Of a DNA stretch of 64,000 nt, positions 12,640 to 23,391 are shown in pieces. The position numbers were made by a program, and so were the translations under genes. How positions within the stretch are numbered: position 1 is the stretch's first letter; each line of letters opens with the position of its first letter. A model generated the notes under the pieces. The model ran no database searches. It saw only the letters and a program-made list of their open reading frames with translations, and was not told where the DNA came from. The stretch comes from Malacoraja senta (taxonomy: Eukaryota): the NCBI GenBank assembly GCA_038087875.1, contig CM075988.1, forward strand, positions 14,820,001 to 14,884,000, given 5' to 3'.

Positions 12640-13560
12640 ATAGACCTTACCTGGAACTGGGATTGTCCGAACGAACCATCACCACCATGTCGGCATCCCT
12701 TCGAACATCCACCAAGAGGCAGTACTTAATCAGCATAAGAAAATGGGAGAAGTACTGCCAGGAAACAGGGACAACGTATGCAACAGCCACAGCCACCAAC
12801 GTACTGGAATTCTGGCCCATCTACACCATGATGAAGGGATCAGTTACAGTGCCATCAACACAGCGCAAATTGCTCTTTCTGCTTATCTCAAACCAGCAGG
12901 ACAACAGGCAATGGGATCCCATCCACTGGTGGTAAAACTGATGAAGGGCATTTATAATATCAAGCCCCCTAAACCCAGGTATACCCATATTTGGGATATC
13001 AGTGTGGTCCTGACATACCTCAGGGAATGGCCACCAGCCAGATCCCTCAGCCTCGAGCAATCTACACTAAAGACGCTCATGTTGGTGGCACTCGTATCCG
13101 CTCAGAGGGTCCAGTCACTACACAAGTTAAGGCTGGACAACATGGTGACCACCCCAGATCAGATCGCATTCATCATACAGGGTCTGGTGAAGCAAAGCAG
13201 GCCAGGAACAGTTAATCCACTGGTGGTATTCCGGGCCTACCCACAAGAGCCATGGTTGTGTGTCGTGACCCATCTACAACATTATATAGACACAACCCAC
13301 AATATCAGAGGGAGTGAAAAAGCCTAATGGGTCAGCCACAAGAAACCTCATGGCCGGGTAACGAGCCAAACCATTTCAAGATGGCTCAAAAAGGTACTGA
13401 AGGCTGCCGGAATAGATACTAATACATTTAAATCTCATTCCACTAGGGCAGCATCTACATCAACGGCCGACAGAATGGACGTACCGGTTGACCATATTCT
13501 GAATACAGCAGGATGGTCGAGGGAAACGACATTCAGAACTTTTATAATAAGCCGTTGATG
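12627..13560 (+). pseudogene. DIRS tyrosine recombinase (frameshift near 12810, stop at 13325-13327)
   Basis: N-terminal SAM-like part and SAQRV (catalytic R). Reading past the TAA gives ...FKSHSTRAAS...AGWSRETTFRTF; the catalytic Y is shifted out of frame. Confidence 0.9.
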
Positions 13561-13789
13561 AAATCTGATTTATTTGCAGAGAAAATATGCAGAGAAAATA
13601 TTACAAGCTGCAAATATTTAATTTAAGCCCGGGGGAGCAACTTTAATTTTGTTATTGTTAATAAATACCTTTTTTGTTTCTTGAGAAACAGATTCATTGG
13701 TTGATTACGATAACACTTCCTCCCTCAAGAACTTTCGGCAGTGAGTGAAATAAAACTGTTACACGGTTTGAAATCACAGAGCTTTGAAA

Positions 13790-13902
13790 TCTTCACGTAG
13801 TCACTCACGTGACTCCGAAGTAAAATAGTAAGATTAAACGAGAACTTACCAGTTTGAAGTTTGATCTGTATTTTATGAGGAGTTACGATGAGGGATTACG
13901 TG
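13790..13902. repeat. DIRS internal complementary region (ICR)
   Basis: 13790-13828 is the reverse complement of 9444-9482, and 13822-13902 is the reverse complement of 14051-14131. Confidence 0.95.
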
Positions 13903-14920
13903 CCCTCCGCTCCCACCCTCATTATATGGATCAAACTAATAAATTGATGTCTCCTTTTCTTTACTATGTTTACTTCAAATACTTGTGTCTATCTGTGATT
14001 CCACACCGCTGTTTGGAAGTATGCCGCGCCTGCGCACTGAGCGGGTTCTTCACGTAATCCCTCATCGTAACTCCTCATAAAATACAGATCAAACTTCAAA
14101 CTGGTAAGTTCTCGTTTAATCTTACTATTTTTGCTGCTAATAAGTCTGTGGCAAGGACTTCAGATGTGTTTTGTCAAAGAAGACAACACAGGCAGGTTGT
14201 TTTTGACGATAACACACGCTGTGTGATAGTTTGACTGTAAGGAGCTGCCTCATATGACAACTGCATTTTCATTGACAGTTCTGCAGATGAAGCATTCCTC
14301 CGTATCAAAGGCATCATGGCTTTGTTTGGCAAAGATTTTCTGCCTGTGGTCGACAGCATACATAAGAGCAGCAAGTGACAATACATAGGTCAGATGCAGT
14401 TTTGTGAACTGCGCTCCCGTACAGCTTTTATGCGGCAGTGTGCTCTAGGCATGCTGACCTTTGATGACTGGAGTCGCTCTGCTTAGTTTATAGCGCTGTC
14501 AATGATGGCACTCTTGACATCTCCGACGGCTCCAAAGATTCATTGGAGTATAAATATCTTACAAGACAGAAACACAACCAATTTGGAAATGACTCTGCCA
14601 GACGAGTAAAATCACAAATCCCATTTGAAGCTAACTGGTGTAACAAGAGACAGTTGTTTAATATATGTGTTTACAACTTGGTGATGAACTGCATATGAAT
14701 CCTTCATGCACAGTTACTGGATCTGAAATGCAATATAAAAGGTGGTAAATTTGGAAATGATGGAATTTCCAGTGATAAAATTGCGTTATCATCCTATAAC
14801 CTATCATTGTGTATAATGCATGCAGGAAGGCTGACAATGCACCAGCATTACTGTGTCGATAATTACTGTTGCCGCATTACCTTCACTGTTTCAATGCAAA
14901 CAAAAGCAGTGTTGTAAATG

Positions 14921-15047
14921 AAGACAGACACAAAGGAATAGGCGACCTATTCCTTTTCTCCAGAGATGCTGCCTGACCCACTGAGTTACTCCAGCTTTTT
15001 GTGTCTATCTCCGGTGTAAACCAACATCTGCAGTTCCTTCCTGCACA
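14921..15047 (+). mobile_element. Short Penelope pLTR-derived element
   Basis: cctattccttttctccagagatgctgcc...ctgcagttccttcc, flanked by ttgtaaatg (14912-14920 and 15052-15060). Confidence 0.75.
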
Positions 15048-16519
15048 GTAATTGTAAATGTTGTGCTAAAACAGAAAGTGGTTCTTTCCCTGTAGTCAAC
15101 ATGGTTGATTTAAATTTAAACTTGATAAATTATGACTATGATTCCATTTCACTGGGACTTCTTATACCCCAACAAGCTTCAGATGGAGACATATCTCCCT
15201 TGTCTAGAGGGTGAAAGCCCTTGTAAAAGGAGCTCTCTACATGTTTATCTGCACCATCAGTTGTTTGCCACTGCCGAGATGTTATGATTTGGAATGCATT
15301 CAACAGAACATATCTTGTCCAGAGGACAACTTGCAACTTTAGCTCTAACTCTGCTTCTGATTTTCACAAATTGGTATTTCTCACTTTCAAATGTAAGCAT
15401 TCATATAACAAATATATATTTTTAAATCATTTCTGCTTCTGCACTAGCTGCCCTAGAGCTTCTTTAGCTTTTAAATAAATGTATTTGAAACAATATTTAT
15501 TATTTTTCAAGTTCTAGGTATTGTTAGCTGAATACACTGTCACGACCAAGAAAGTTTAATTAAGCTTGACATTGTATATTAATATTTCAGGAAATAAAAA
15601 TCAATATTTGTGAATAAAAGAAATTATTCACAACTTGCCATTACAATTATGGCATTATGTTTCTGCATTTCTGAAATTTCTAGCATGAAAACATCGACAA
15701 TGATGGAGGGGGAGTTTACTTACTGAACTTACAGAACCCCTGAGATTATTAAGCACAAAAAGCATACATGCACGTTCTCAAATGTGTATAATAGATATAC
15801 ATTTAATGTGCGCTTCAAAAAGCAATCAACTGTGAATTCGTTCACACACTGTAAATTTGCTATTACAGTAATTCAGAGAAATTAAATTGGGAACTTTATT
15901 TCACGAGCCATCTCTTATCCTCGCCTTTACATCATTTTTACACCACTACCACTGTGGTTTCCTGTTGTAACATACAAATAAACGTTGACAGATTTTTACA
16001 TAAGAACTGATAAGTGTAGGCATGAGGCTCTGGGTTGGTCAATCAATCATTTCTTGTTCAATTCCACATCAAATTTCCACACTTTTGAAAAAAACATAAA
16101 AGAATATGAAGAAATTGGATATTGCAATGTTGGAATACTTCCTCTTTCATCAAAAGTATTTGTGTTTAATTGAAATTAAATTGATAGAATAAAGTGTTAC
16201 TCTGTCTTCTTGCAATGGACAAATTGAACTCAATCAATTTTATTCTCATTTACAAAAAGAACAGGTCCCAACCACAAAACTGAATCTAACTCACAATTAA
16301 TTACTTCATATTGGCCTATTCAGGGATCAGACAATTATTTCAGGATATCGAATGTCTTTCAAAGGCAAATAAGTAATTTTGAAATGTAAGCACCATTAGG
16401 GATGAATGGAACCAAGTTGTATGCAGTAGGTTCCACAATCAACGAATTAAAGGATTCAATAAACTGACTGTGTGTGAAGCTGCATCACTGCCTATTCACC
16501 TGAAACTGTGTAATAATTA

Positions 16520-16833
16520 TGTAGAAATAGGGAACCGCAGATGCTGGTTTATAAAAATAGATGCAAAGTGCTAGAGTAACTCATCGGGTCAGGTAGCGTC
16601 TCTGGATAGGTGACATTTCAGGTCGAGACTCTTCTTCAGATTGATTGTGGTGTTGGGGGGTGGGGTGGACAATGCTGGAAGAGAGGAGGGGCAGGACAGA
16701 GCTGAGCAATAAATGGGTTGATACAGGTGAGGGGGAACTTTTGGTAGGCAGATGGTTGAACAAAGGTCAGAGATGAAAAGACAGAAGGTATGAGACAAAA
16801 TAATTGAAGAAATGGTTCAACATCACCTATCCA
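16520..16833 (-). mobile_element. Penelope pLTR-derived element with a degenerate hammerhead motif
   Basis: TSD tgtaataatta (16509-16519 and 16834-16844). Reverse strand reads ctgaagaagagtctcgacctgaaatgtc. Confidence 0.75.
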
Positions 16834-16929
16834 TGTAATAATTACATTCTTGTCCAAACTTCCATTGCTTGTATGGTGTCCCTAACAATATCCTGCTCAC
16901 CCATCTTAGCTTATTGCGTGAAAAATATA

Positions 16930-17385
16930 CGTCTTCTAGATGGGCTGGGACGCATCCTCAGTGATGTGATCTGGGGTCATCGGGTGTTTCGGGTCTCACA
17001 ACATCAGACACCCTCGCCCAGGCGACCCAGCCGGGGTTGACCAGGCTGGGACTTGCATCCCAGCAGCAACCGCCCATGGATCAGCCATCTTAATAATTAC
17101 TCTGCAGGGGTTGGGAGACTCTAGTGCGTGGAGGGACTGGCCTCTGTGGGGTGAGTCCTGGCCGGGCTCCTCCTGCGTCCCACCAGGTTCAAGGCCTGTG
17201 CGCTGCACCTCTTTCTCCCTCTCTGAGCATCTCATTCTCATCTGATGGATTTTTAGGCCATGGTGGTTCATTAGGCCTTTCCGTAGCTTTATTGGGTGTC
17301 TTTCTAATGAAAGACACAGACTGGGGAGCTAACCCAGCCTGTCCCGGGTGCCGTCTTTCCGTGCCGTCAACTGTATCTCCAGTAG
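16930..17385 (-). mobile_element. Internally deleted Hero-like (RLE-clade) non-LTR retrotransposon
   Basis: An N-terminal peptide (HGLKIHQMRMRC...VQRTG..PGGTQEEPG..SPHR.QSLH) is fused directly to a C-terminal peptide (IKMADPWAVAAG) and a 3'UTR, both recognised from memory as Hero-like. No RT is present. Confidence 0.7.
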
Positions 17386-17409
17386 ATCCACTTTAATCTT
17401 TAAAAAACA

Positions 17410-17830
17410 ATAACATATTTATATAGAATGATGCAGCAAGATATCACGAGTCATTTCTCAGGGACATTTTCAAACAACATTTGACACCTAGTTAATTAGG
17501 AGGGTGTTAGGACATCTGGCCAAAAGCTTAGTCAAAATGATATATTTTACTATTATTTTAAAAGAGTGAGGTAAAATAGAGGAGTGTAGAGGGTTAGAGA
17601 GGAACTTTCAGATTTTAAGACCTTGGCAACTAAAGGCATGGTTGGCAATGGTAGAGCAATTAATACTGGTATTGACAAGAACTGGTGGAGTGCAGAATTC
17701 TTACGGGTTATAGATCTGGAAGAATCTATGGAATTTGTAAGGGATGAGACCATGGATGCATGTGAAAGCAAAGGTGAGAAATTCATATATTATGGGGTTG
17801 CATAACTGGAAGCCAGTGTGGATCATAAAC
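17410..17830 (-). mobile_element. Old L2-like LINE 3' fragment
   Basis: Degenerate gagggttagagaggaactttcag...ggcaactaaaggcatgg resembles elasmobranch L2 3' ends. Confidence 0.45.
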
Positions 17831-18060
17831 CACCGAAGTGATAGATGAAAGAACTATGCAACACGTGATGAACAATGGTAATCTGGACCAGATACATCAA
17901 GTAAAGATGAATGATGGCGCATGAGTCAACATGAATCAACGATAGCAATTTCGGAATCTTGATTTATCGAGATGAATAAACAGCTGATGAAAGTGTTAAC
18001 TCTCAATTTCTGCTTCACATGAAGACCAAGGCCATGATGAATCACAACTTACATTGCCTC

Positions 18061-18252
18061 TTTTTTTTTTTTTTTTTTTTTAAATATTTTTTTATTGGAG
18101 ATGCGTACACAACCTAGTTACATCATTACAGTCTTACATTATTAAATTGATAATATTGTTAAATATTATTACAATGTCTCCAATACCTTTTGCTTTTTTT
18201 TTAAGCTAAATAGAACTAAAGAGAAAGGTGAAGTAAAGAAAGAGAAAAAATA
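18061..18252 (-). mobile_element. 5'-truncated poly(A)-tailed (L1/Tx1-type) insertion
   Basis: T21 tract, AATAAA on the minus strand, and TSD ttacattgcctct (18049-18061 and 18253-18265). Confidence 0.75.
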
Positions 18253-18605
18253 TTACATTGCCTCTAATATTACATTGCCTCTAATATTCAAATGTTTGAT
18301 CATCAATTGTTACTCATTTTTACAACAAATAAGTTCATCAGTTGCTGGAACTTCCCAAACACTTTTGGCTTCTTTACCAATAAGAGAAAAGTACTTCACT
18401 GAACTGTACTTTGCAGCTCACTCAGGAATGAAGAAATCAAAAAATAACCAAGGGCAATTTAGATGAATCATGAAGATCAATTTCTAATCAAACTATGCTG
18501 CAGATTTCTACTGAGTTCATATGTGCACATTAAGACAATCAATCTGGCCAAGAGTACACTGAATCAGTGTTATTGCAACCCTTTACAATCTCTTAAACTC
18601 TGATT

Positions 18606-18755
18606 ATGTACAAGTTTGTAAGTTAATTTGGTTCGGTGAAAATTGAAAATTGTCCTTAGTTTGTAGGATAGTGCTAGTGTACGGGATGATCGCTGTTCAG
18701 GGCAGACTCAGTGGGCCGAAGGGCCTGTTTCTGTGCTGTATTTCTAAAGTCTAAA
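18606..18755 (+). mobile_element. 3' half of a V-SINE
   Basis: gttaatttgg...gggccgaagggcctgtttctgtgctgtatttctaaagtctaaa. Confidence 0.8.
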
Positions 18756-19170
18756 GGAGATATAGGCTATTAAGTGTTCCTCCATAAATGCTGCTTTACC
18801 ATCCATACCTAAAATACATAATTAACATATTGTAAAACACAAAATAAATTGTTTATAATTATTGAATAAATCTATCCTAGGTCATGGATAGATCCCCTAA
18901 AAATATATAATAGATTCTATAAACTGCAACATTTCCATGGGAATTATTGTTACTGATAGGATAATACATTGAAATTTATAAATAGAGGAATACATTATAA
19001 ATATATCATGTTTGGTTGCTATTAATGCATGGGAACAATTAGCTTTAAAATTTGTCTATGTAGCACCGGTGAAACCCATCCATGGACAACAAGGGGAAAA
19101 TATTTGAATGGTTGGCACCTTACCTTGGATGGCTATGATAGTTGAAGGTCAATTATTCCAGATCAAGATA

Positions 19171-22100
19171 TCTATATAACTAAAAGTCTCATCCTGACCA
19201 CTTCCTATCTGTGCTGTATATTGATTTAAGAAAAAACGCTACCGTATATAGCTATGACTTTTGGCCATCTTACTCACAGTCCTCCTCCGCTGAGGCAGCC
19301 CTGAGGATTTTTCTGATCGATGAAAAATAAAAAAAATAATTAGTGTTTAAAAAATCTTTAGATCAGCTGATTGGTCCTCTCGCCTGTCAATCACCATGAT
19401 GAAGATAACGCCCCTTCCGGGGAGACAAGACTATAAAACCCCGGATGCCTGGACGTGAGTCATTCACTCTGGAAGATTGCGAGGGAGGGGCTACAGCTGT
19501 GATTCTGCTGTGAGTCAACTGAACTGTGAGTCTACTAAACTGTGAGTCTGCAATGTACTTGCAATAAATGATTTGTTAGCCCTTAATGAAAATGAGATGA
19601 GTTGTTTGGCCTGCCCTGTGCCTGAAACTGAAATGACAATGGAAATGAAATGAAATGAAAATGAGATGAGTTGTTTGGCCTGCAATGTGCCTGAAACTGA
19701 AATGGCAATGGAAACTAAATGAAATGGAAATGAGATGAGTTGTTTGGCCTGCCCTGTGCTTGAAACTGAAATGGCAATGGAAATGAAATGAAATGAAAAT
19801 GAGATCAGTTGTTTGGCCTGCCCTGTGCTTGAAACTGAAATGGCAATGGAAATGAAATGAAATGAAAATGAGATGAGGTGCGTGAAACTGAAATGGCAAT
19901 GGAAATGAAATGAAATGAAAATGAGATGAGTTGTTTGGCCTGCCTAGTGCTTGAAACTGAAATGGCAAAGGAAATGAAATGAAATGAAAATGAGATCAGT
20001 TGTTTGGCCTGCCCTGTGCTTGAAACTGAAATGGCAATGGAAATGAAATTAAATGAAAATTAGATGACTTGTTTGGCCTGCCCTGTGCCTGAAACTGAAA
20101 TGGCAATGGAAATGAAATGAAATGAAAATGAGATGAGATATTTGGCCTGCCCTGACCTTGAAACTGAAATGGCAATGGCAATGGAAATGAAATGAAATGA
20201 AAATGAGATGAGTTGTTCGGCCTGCCCTGTGCTTGAAACTGAAATGGCAATGGCAATGGAAATGAAATGAAATGAAAATGAGATGAGTTGTTTGGCCTGC
20301 CCTATGCTTGAAACTGAAATGTAAATGGAAATGAAATGAAAATGAGATGAGTTATTTGGCCTGCCCTGTGCTTGAAACTGAAATGGCAATGGAAATGAAA
20401 TGAAATGAAAATGAGATGAGTTGTTTGGCCTGCCCTGTGCTTGAAACTGAAATGGCAATGGAATCGAAATGAAATGAAAATGAGATGAGTTGTTCGGCCT
20501 GCCCTGTGCTTGAAACTGAAATGGCAATGGAAATGAAATGAAATGAAAATGAGATGAGTTGTTTGGCCTGCCCTGTGCTTGAAACTGAAATGCCAATGGA
20601 AATGAAATGAAATGAAAATGAGATGAGATATTTGGCCTGCCCTGAGCTTGAAACTGAAATGGCAATCGAAATGAAATGAAAATGAGATGAGTTGTTCGGC
20701 CTGCCCTATGCTTGAAACTGAAATGGCAATGGAGATGAGTTGTTTGGCCTGCCCTGTGCTTGAAACTGAAATGGCAATGGAATCGAAATGAAATGAAAAT
20801 GAGATGAGTTGTTCGGCCTGCCCTGTGCTTGAAACTGAAATGGCAATCGAAATGAAATGAAAATGAGATGAGTTGTTTGGCCTGCCCTAGGCTTGAAACT
20901 GAAATGGAAATGGAAATGAAATGAAATGAAAATGAGATGAGTTATTTGGCCTGCCCTGTGCTTGAAACTGAAATTGCAATGGAAATGAAATGAAATGAAA
21001 ATGAGATGAGTTGTTTGGCCTGCCCTGTGCTTGAAACTGAAATGGCAATGGAAATGAAATGAAATGAAAATGAGATGTTTGGCCTGCCCAGTGCTTGAAA
21101 CTGGAATGGCAATGGAAATGAAATGAAATGAAAATGAGATTAGTTGTTTGGCCTGCCCTGTGCTTGAAACTGAAATGGCAATGGAAATGAAATGGAATGA
21201 AAATGAGATAAGTTGTTTGGCCTACCCTGTGCTTGAAAGTGAAATGGCAATGGAAATGAAATGAAATGAAAATGAGATGAGTTGTTTGGCCTGCCCTGTG
21301 CTTGAAACTGAAATGGCAATAGCAATGGAAATGAAATGAAATGAAATGAAAATGAGATGAGTTGTTTGGCCGGCCCTGTGCCTGAAACTGAAATGGAAAT
21401 GGAAATGAAATGAAATGAAAATGAGATGAGTTGTTTGGCCTGCCCTGTGCTTGAAACTGAAATGGCAATTGAAATGAAATGAAAATGAGATGAGTTGTTC
21501 GGCCTGCCCTGTGCTTGAAACTGAAATGGCAATGGAAATGAAATGAAATGAAAATGAGATGAGTTGTTTGGCCTGCCCTGTGCTTGAAACTGAAATTGCA
21601 ATGGAAATGAAATGAAATGAAAATGAGATGAGTTGTTTGGCCTGCCCTGTGCTTGAAACTGAAATGGCAATGGAAATGAAATGAAATGAAAATGAGATGT
21701 TTGGCCTGCCCTGTGCTTGAAACTGGAATGGCAATGGAAATGAAATGAAATGAAAATGAGATTAGTTGTTTGGCCTGCCCTGTGCTTGAAACTGAAATGG
21801 CAATGGAAATGAAATGGAATGAAAATGAGATAAGTTGTTTGGCCTACCCTGTGCTTGAAAGTGAAATGGCAATGGAAATGAAATGAAATGAAAATGAGAT
21901 GAGTTGTTTGGCCTGCCCTGTGCTTGAAACTGAAATGGCAATGGCAATGGAAATGAAATGAAATGAAATGAAAATGAGATGAGTTGTTTGGCCGGCCCTG
22001 TGCCTGAAACTGAAATGGAAATGGAAATGAAATGAAATGAAAATGAGATGAGTTGTTTGGCCTGCCCTGTGCTTGAAACTGAAATGGCAATTGAAATGAA

Positions 22101-22640
22101 ATGAAAATGAGATGAGTTGTTCGGCCTGCCCTGTGCTTGAAACTGAAATGGCAATGGAAATGAAATGAAATGAAAATGAGATGAGTTGTTTGGCCTGCCC
22201 TGTGCTTGAAACTGAAATGTCAATGGAAATGAAATGAAATGAAAATGAGATGAGTTGTTTGGCCTGCCCTGTGCTTGAAACTGAAATGGCAATGGAAATG
22301 AAATGGAATGAAAATGAGATGTTTGGCCTACCCTGTGCTTGAAAGTGAAATGGCAAAGGCAATGGAAATGAAATGAAATTAATTGTTAGGCCTGCCTGAA
22401 ACCACTAATTTCGGCCTACAAGGCCCCTATTAGACAAGAAACCAGTCCCTTTTGCCAAAAAAGGCCCCTATTAGCCCAGGAAGAGCATTTTAGCCCAAAA
22501 GACCCATGCCAGACCAGGAAAAGTCCAGAAGTGCCTTTCACTGAGATTTCACAGATTTTTTTTAAAGTCCTTTTAGCCCATCAGGCCTATACTAGCCCAG
22601 GAGGAGTCCCTTTGGCCCATCAGTGTATACCCCCTGCAAG
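19171..22640 (+). mobile_element. Non-autonomous Helitron with satellite array, 3' end missing
   Basis: A|TCTATATAACTAAAAGT 5' end. About 400 bp are homologous to the complete Helitron at 61169. No hairpin-CTAG end is found. Confidence 0.75.
19587..22378. repeat. About 69-bp satellite, roughly 40 monomers
   Basis: Unit gaaaatgagatgagttgtttggcctgccctgtgcttgaaactgaaatggcaatggaaatgaaatgaaat; this explains the 23-aa period in the spurious ORFs. Confidence 0.97.
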
Positions 22641-22642
22641 CA

Positions 22643-23081
22643 GGCAGTCGAGGGCAGTCGAAAACCGAACGGTAGGTAAAATGCCCGCTAAATTATATTA
22701 TACTTCTTAAAAGTGTCTCCACTCCTTCTCCCCCCTTCTCTCCCCTTCTCCTTCTCTCCCCCTCTCCCCTTCTCTCCCCTTCTCTCCCCCTCTCTCCCCT
22801 TCTCTCCCCCCCCCCCCGCGCTCTCTAAAAGACTTACCATACACTGTGCAGCCGTCTTTCCTTCCTCTTCATCGCGGGTCTGAATTTCAGACAGCACTCC
22901 CCTGCTTTCCCTGGCCCCCGCCTTTACGATGTGTTTGTGTGTGCGGTCGGTCGATCCAGCTCACGGTTTAAACGCTGACGATCGATCCAACTCGAGGTTT
23001 TCCAGGCGAGTGCCCTCGAGCTGAAGGTCGAAGACACTCTTCTTAACTCGCGGATTAGGTCGCCGCAGTGGGACAGCCCCT
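22643..23081. mobile_element. Right half of a Harbinger-like MITE
   Basis: Homologous to the right part of 43025-44332 without its nested insert; ends gtgggacagcccct|TAA. Confidence 0.75.
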
Positions 23082-23099
23082 TAACCCAGTCAAATACTC

Positions 23100-23326
23100 A
23101 GACATGAGGAACTGCAGATGCTGGTTTACAAAAAAAGACACAAGGCGTTGCAGTAACTCAGCGCATTCAGCAGCATCTCCGGAGAATATGGAGAGACAAC
23201 GTTTTGGGTCGACACCCTTCTTCAGAACCTGGAGAAGGGTCCCAACCCAAATTGTCTTCTGTCCATGTTTTCCAGAGATGCTGCCTGACCCATTGAGTTA
23301 CACCATCACTTTGTGTCTTTTTTCCT
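23100..23326. mobile_element. Penelope pLTR-derived fold-back element
   Basis: Inverted arms and a 14-bp TSD ccagtcaaatactc (23086-23099 and 23327-23340). Confidence 0.85.
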
Positions 23327-23391
23327 CCAGTCAAATACTCCCTGTAAATATACTATTGCCAAATTAGTCATTAAGTACAGGAATCAAAGAA

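Larger units (their letters stand above)
9444..14131 (+). mobile_element. Full-length, decayed DIRS1-type tyrosine-recombinase retrotransposon
   Basis: gag - RT/RNaseH/MT - YR order. Inverted repeats at 9473-9508 and 14021-14056. An internal complementary region (13790-13902) is complementary to both termini. Confidence 0.95.

Noticed and set aside
19576..22362. Long minus-strand ORFs with FQFQAQGRPNNSSHFHF repeats
   Set aside because: They are a by-product of a 69-bp (23-codon) satellite, open in several frames and frameshifting freely.
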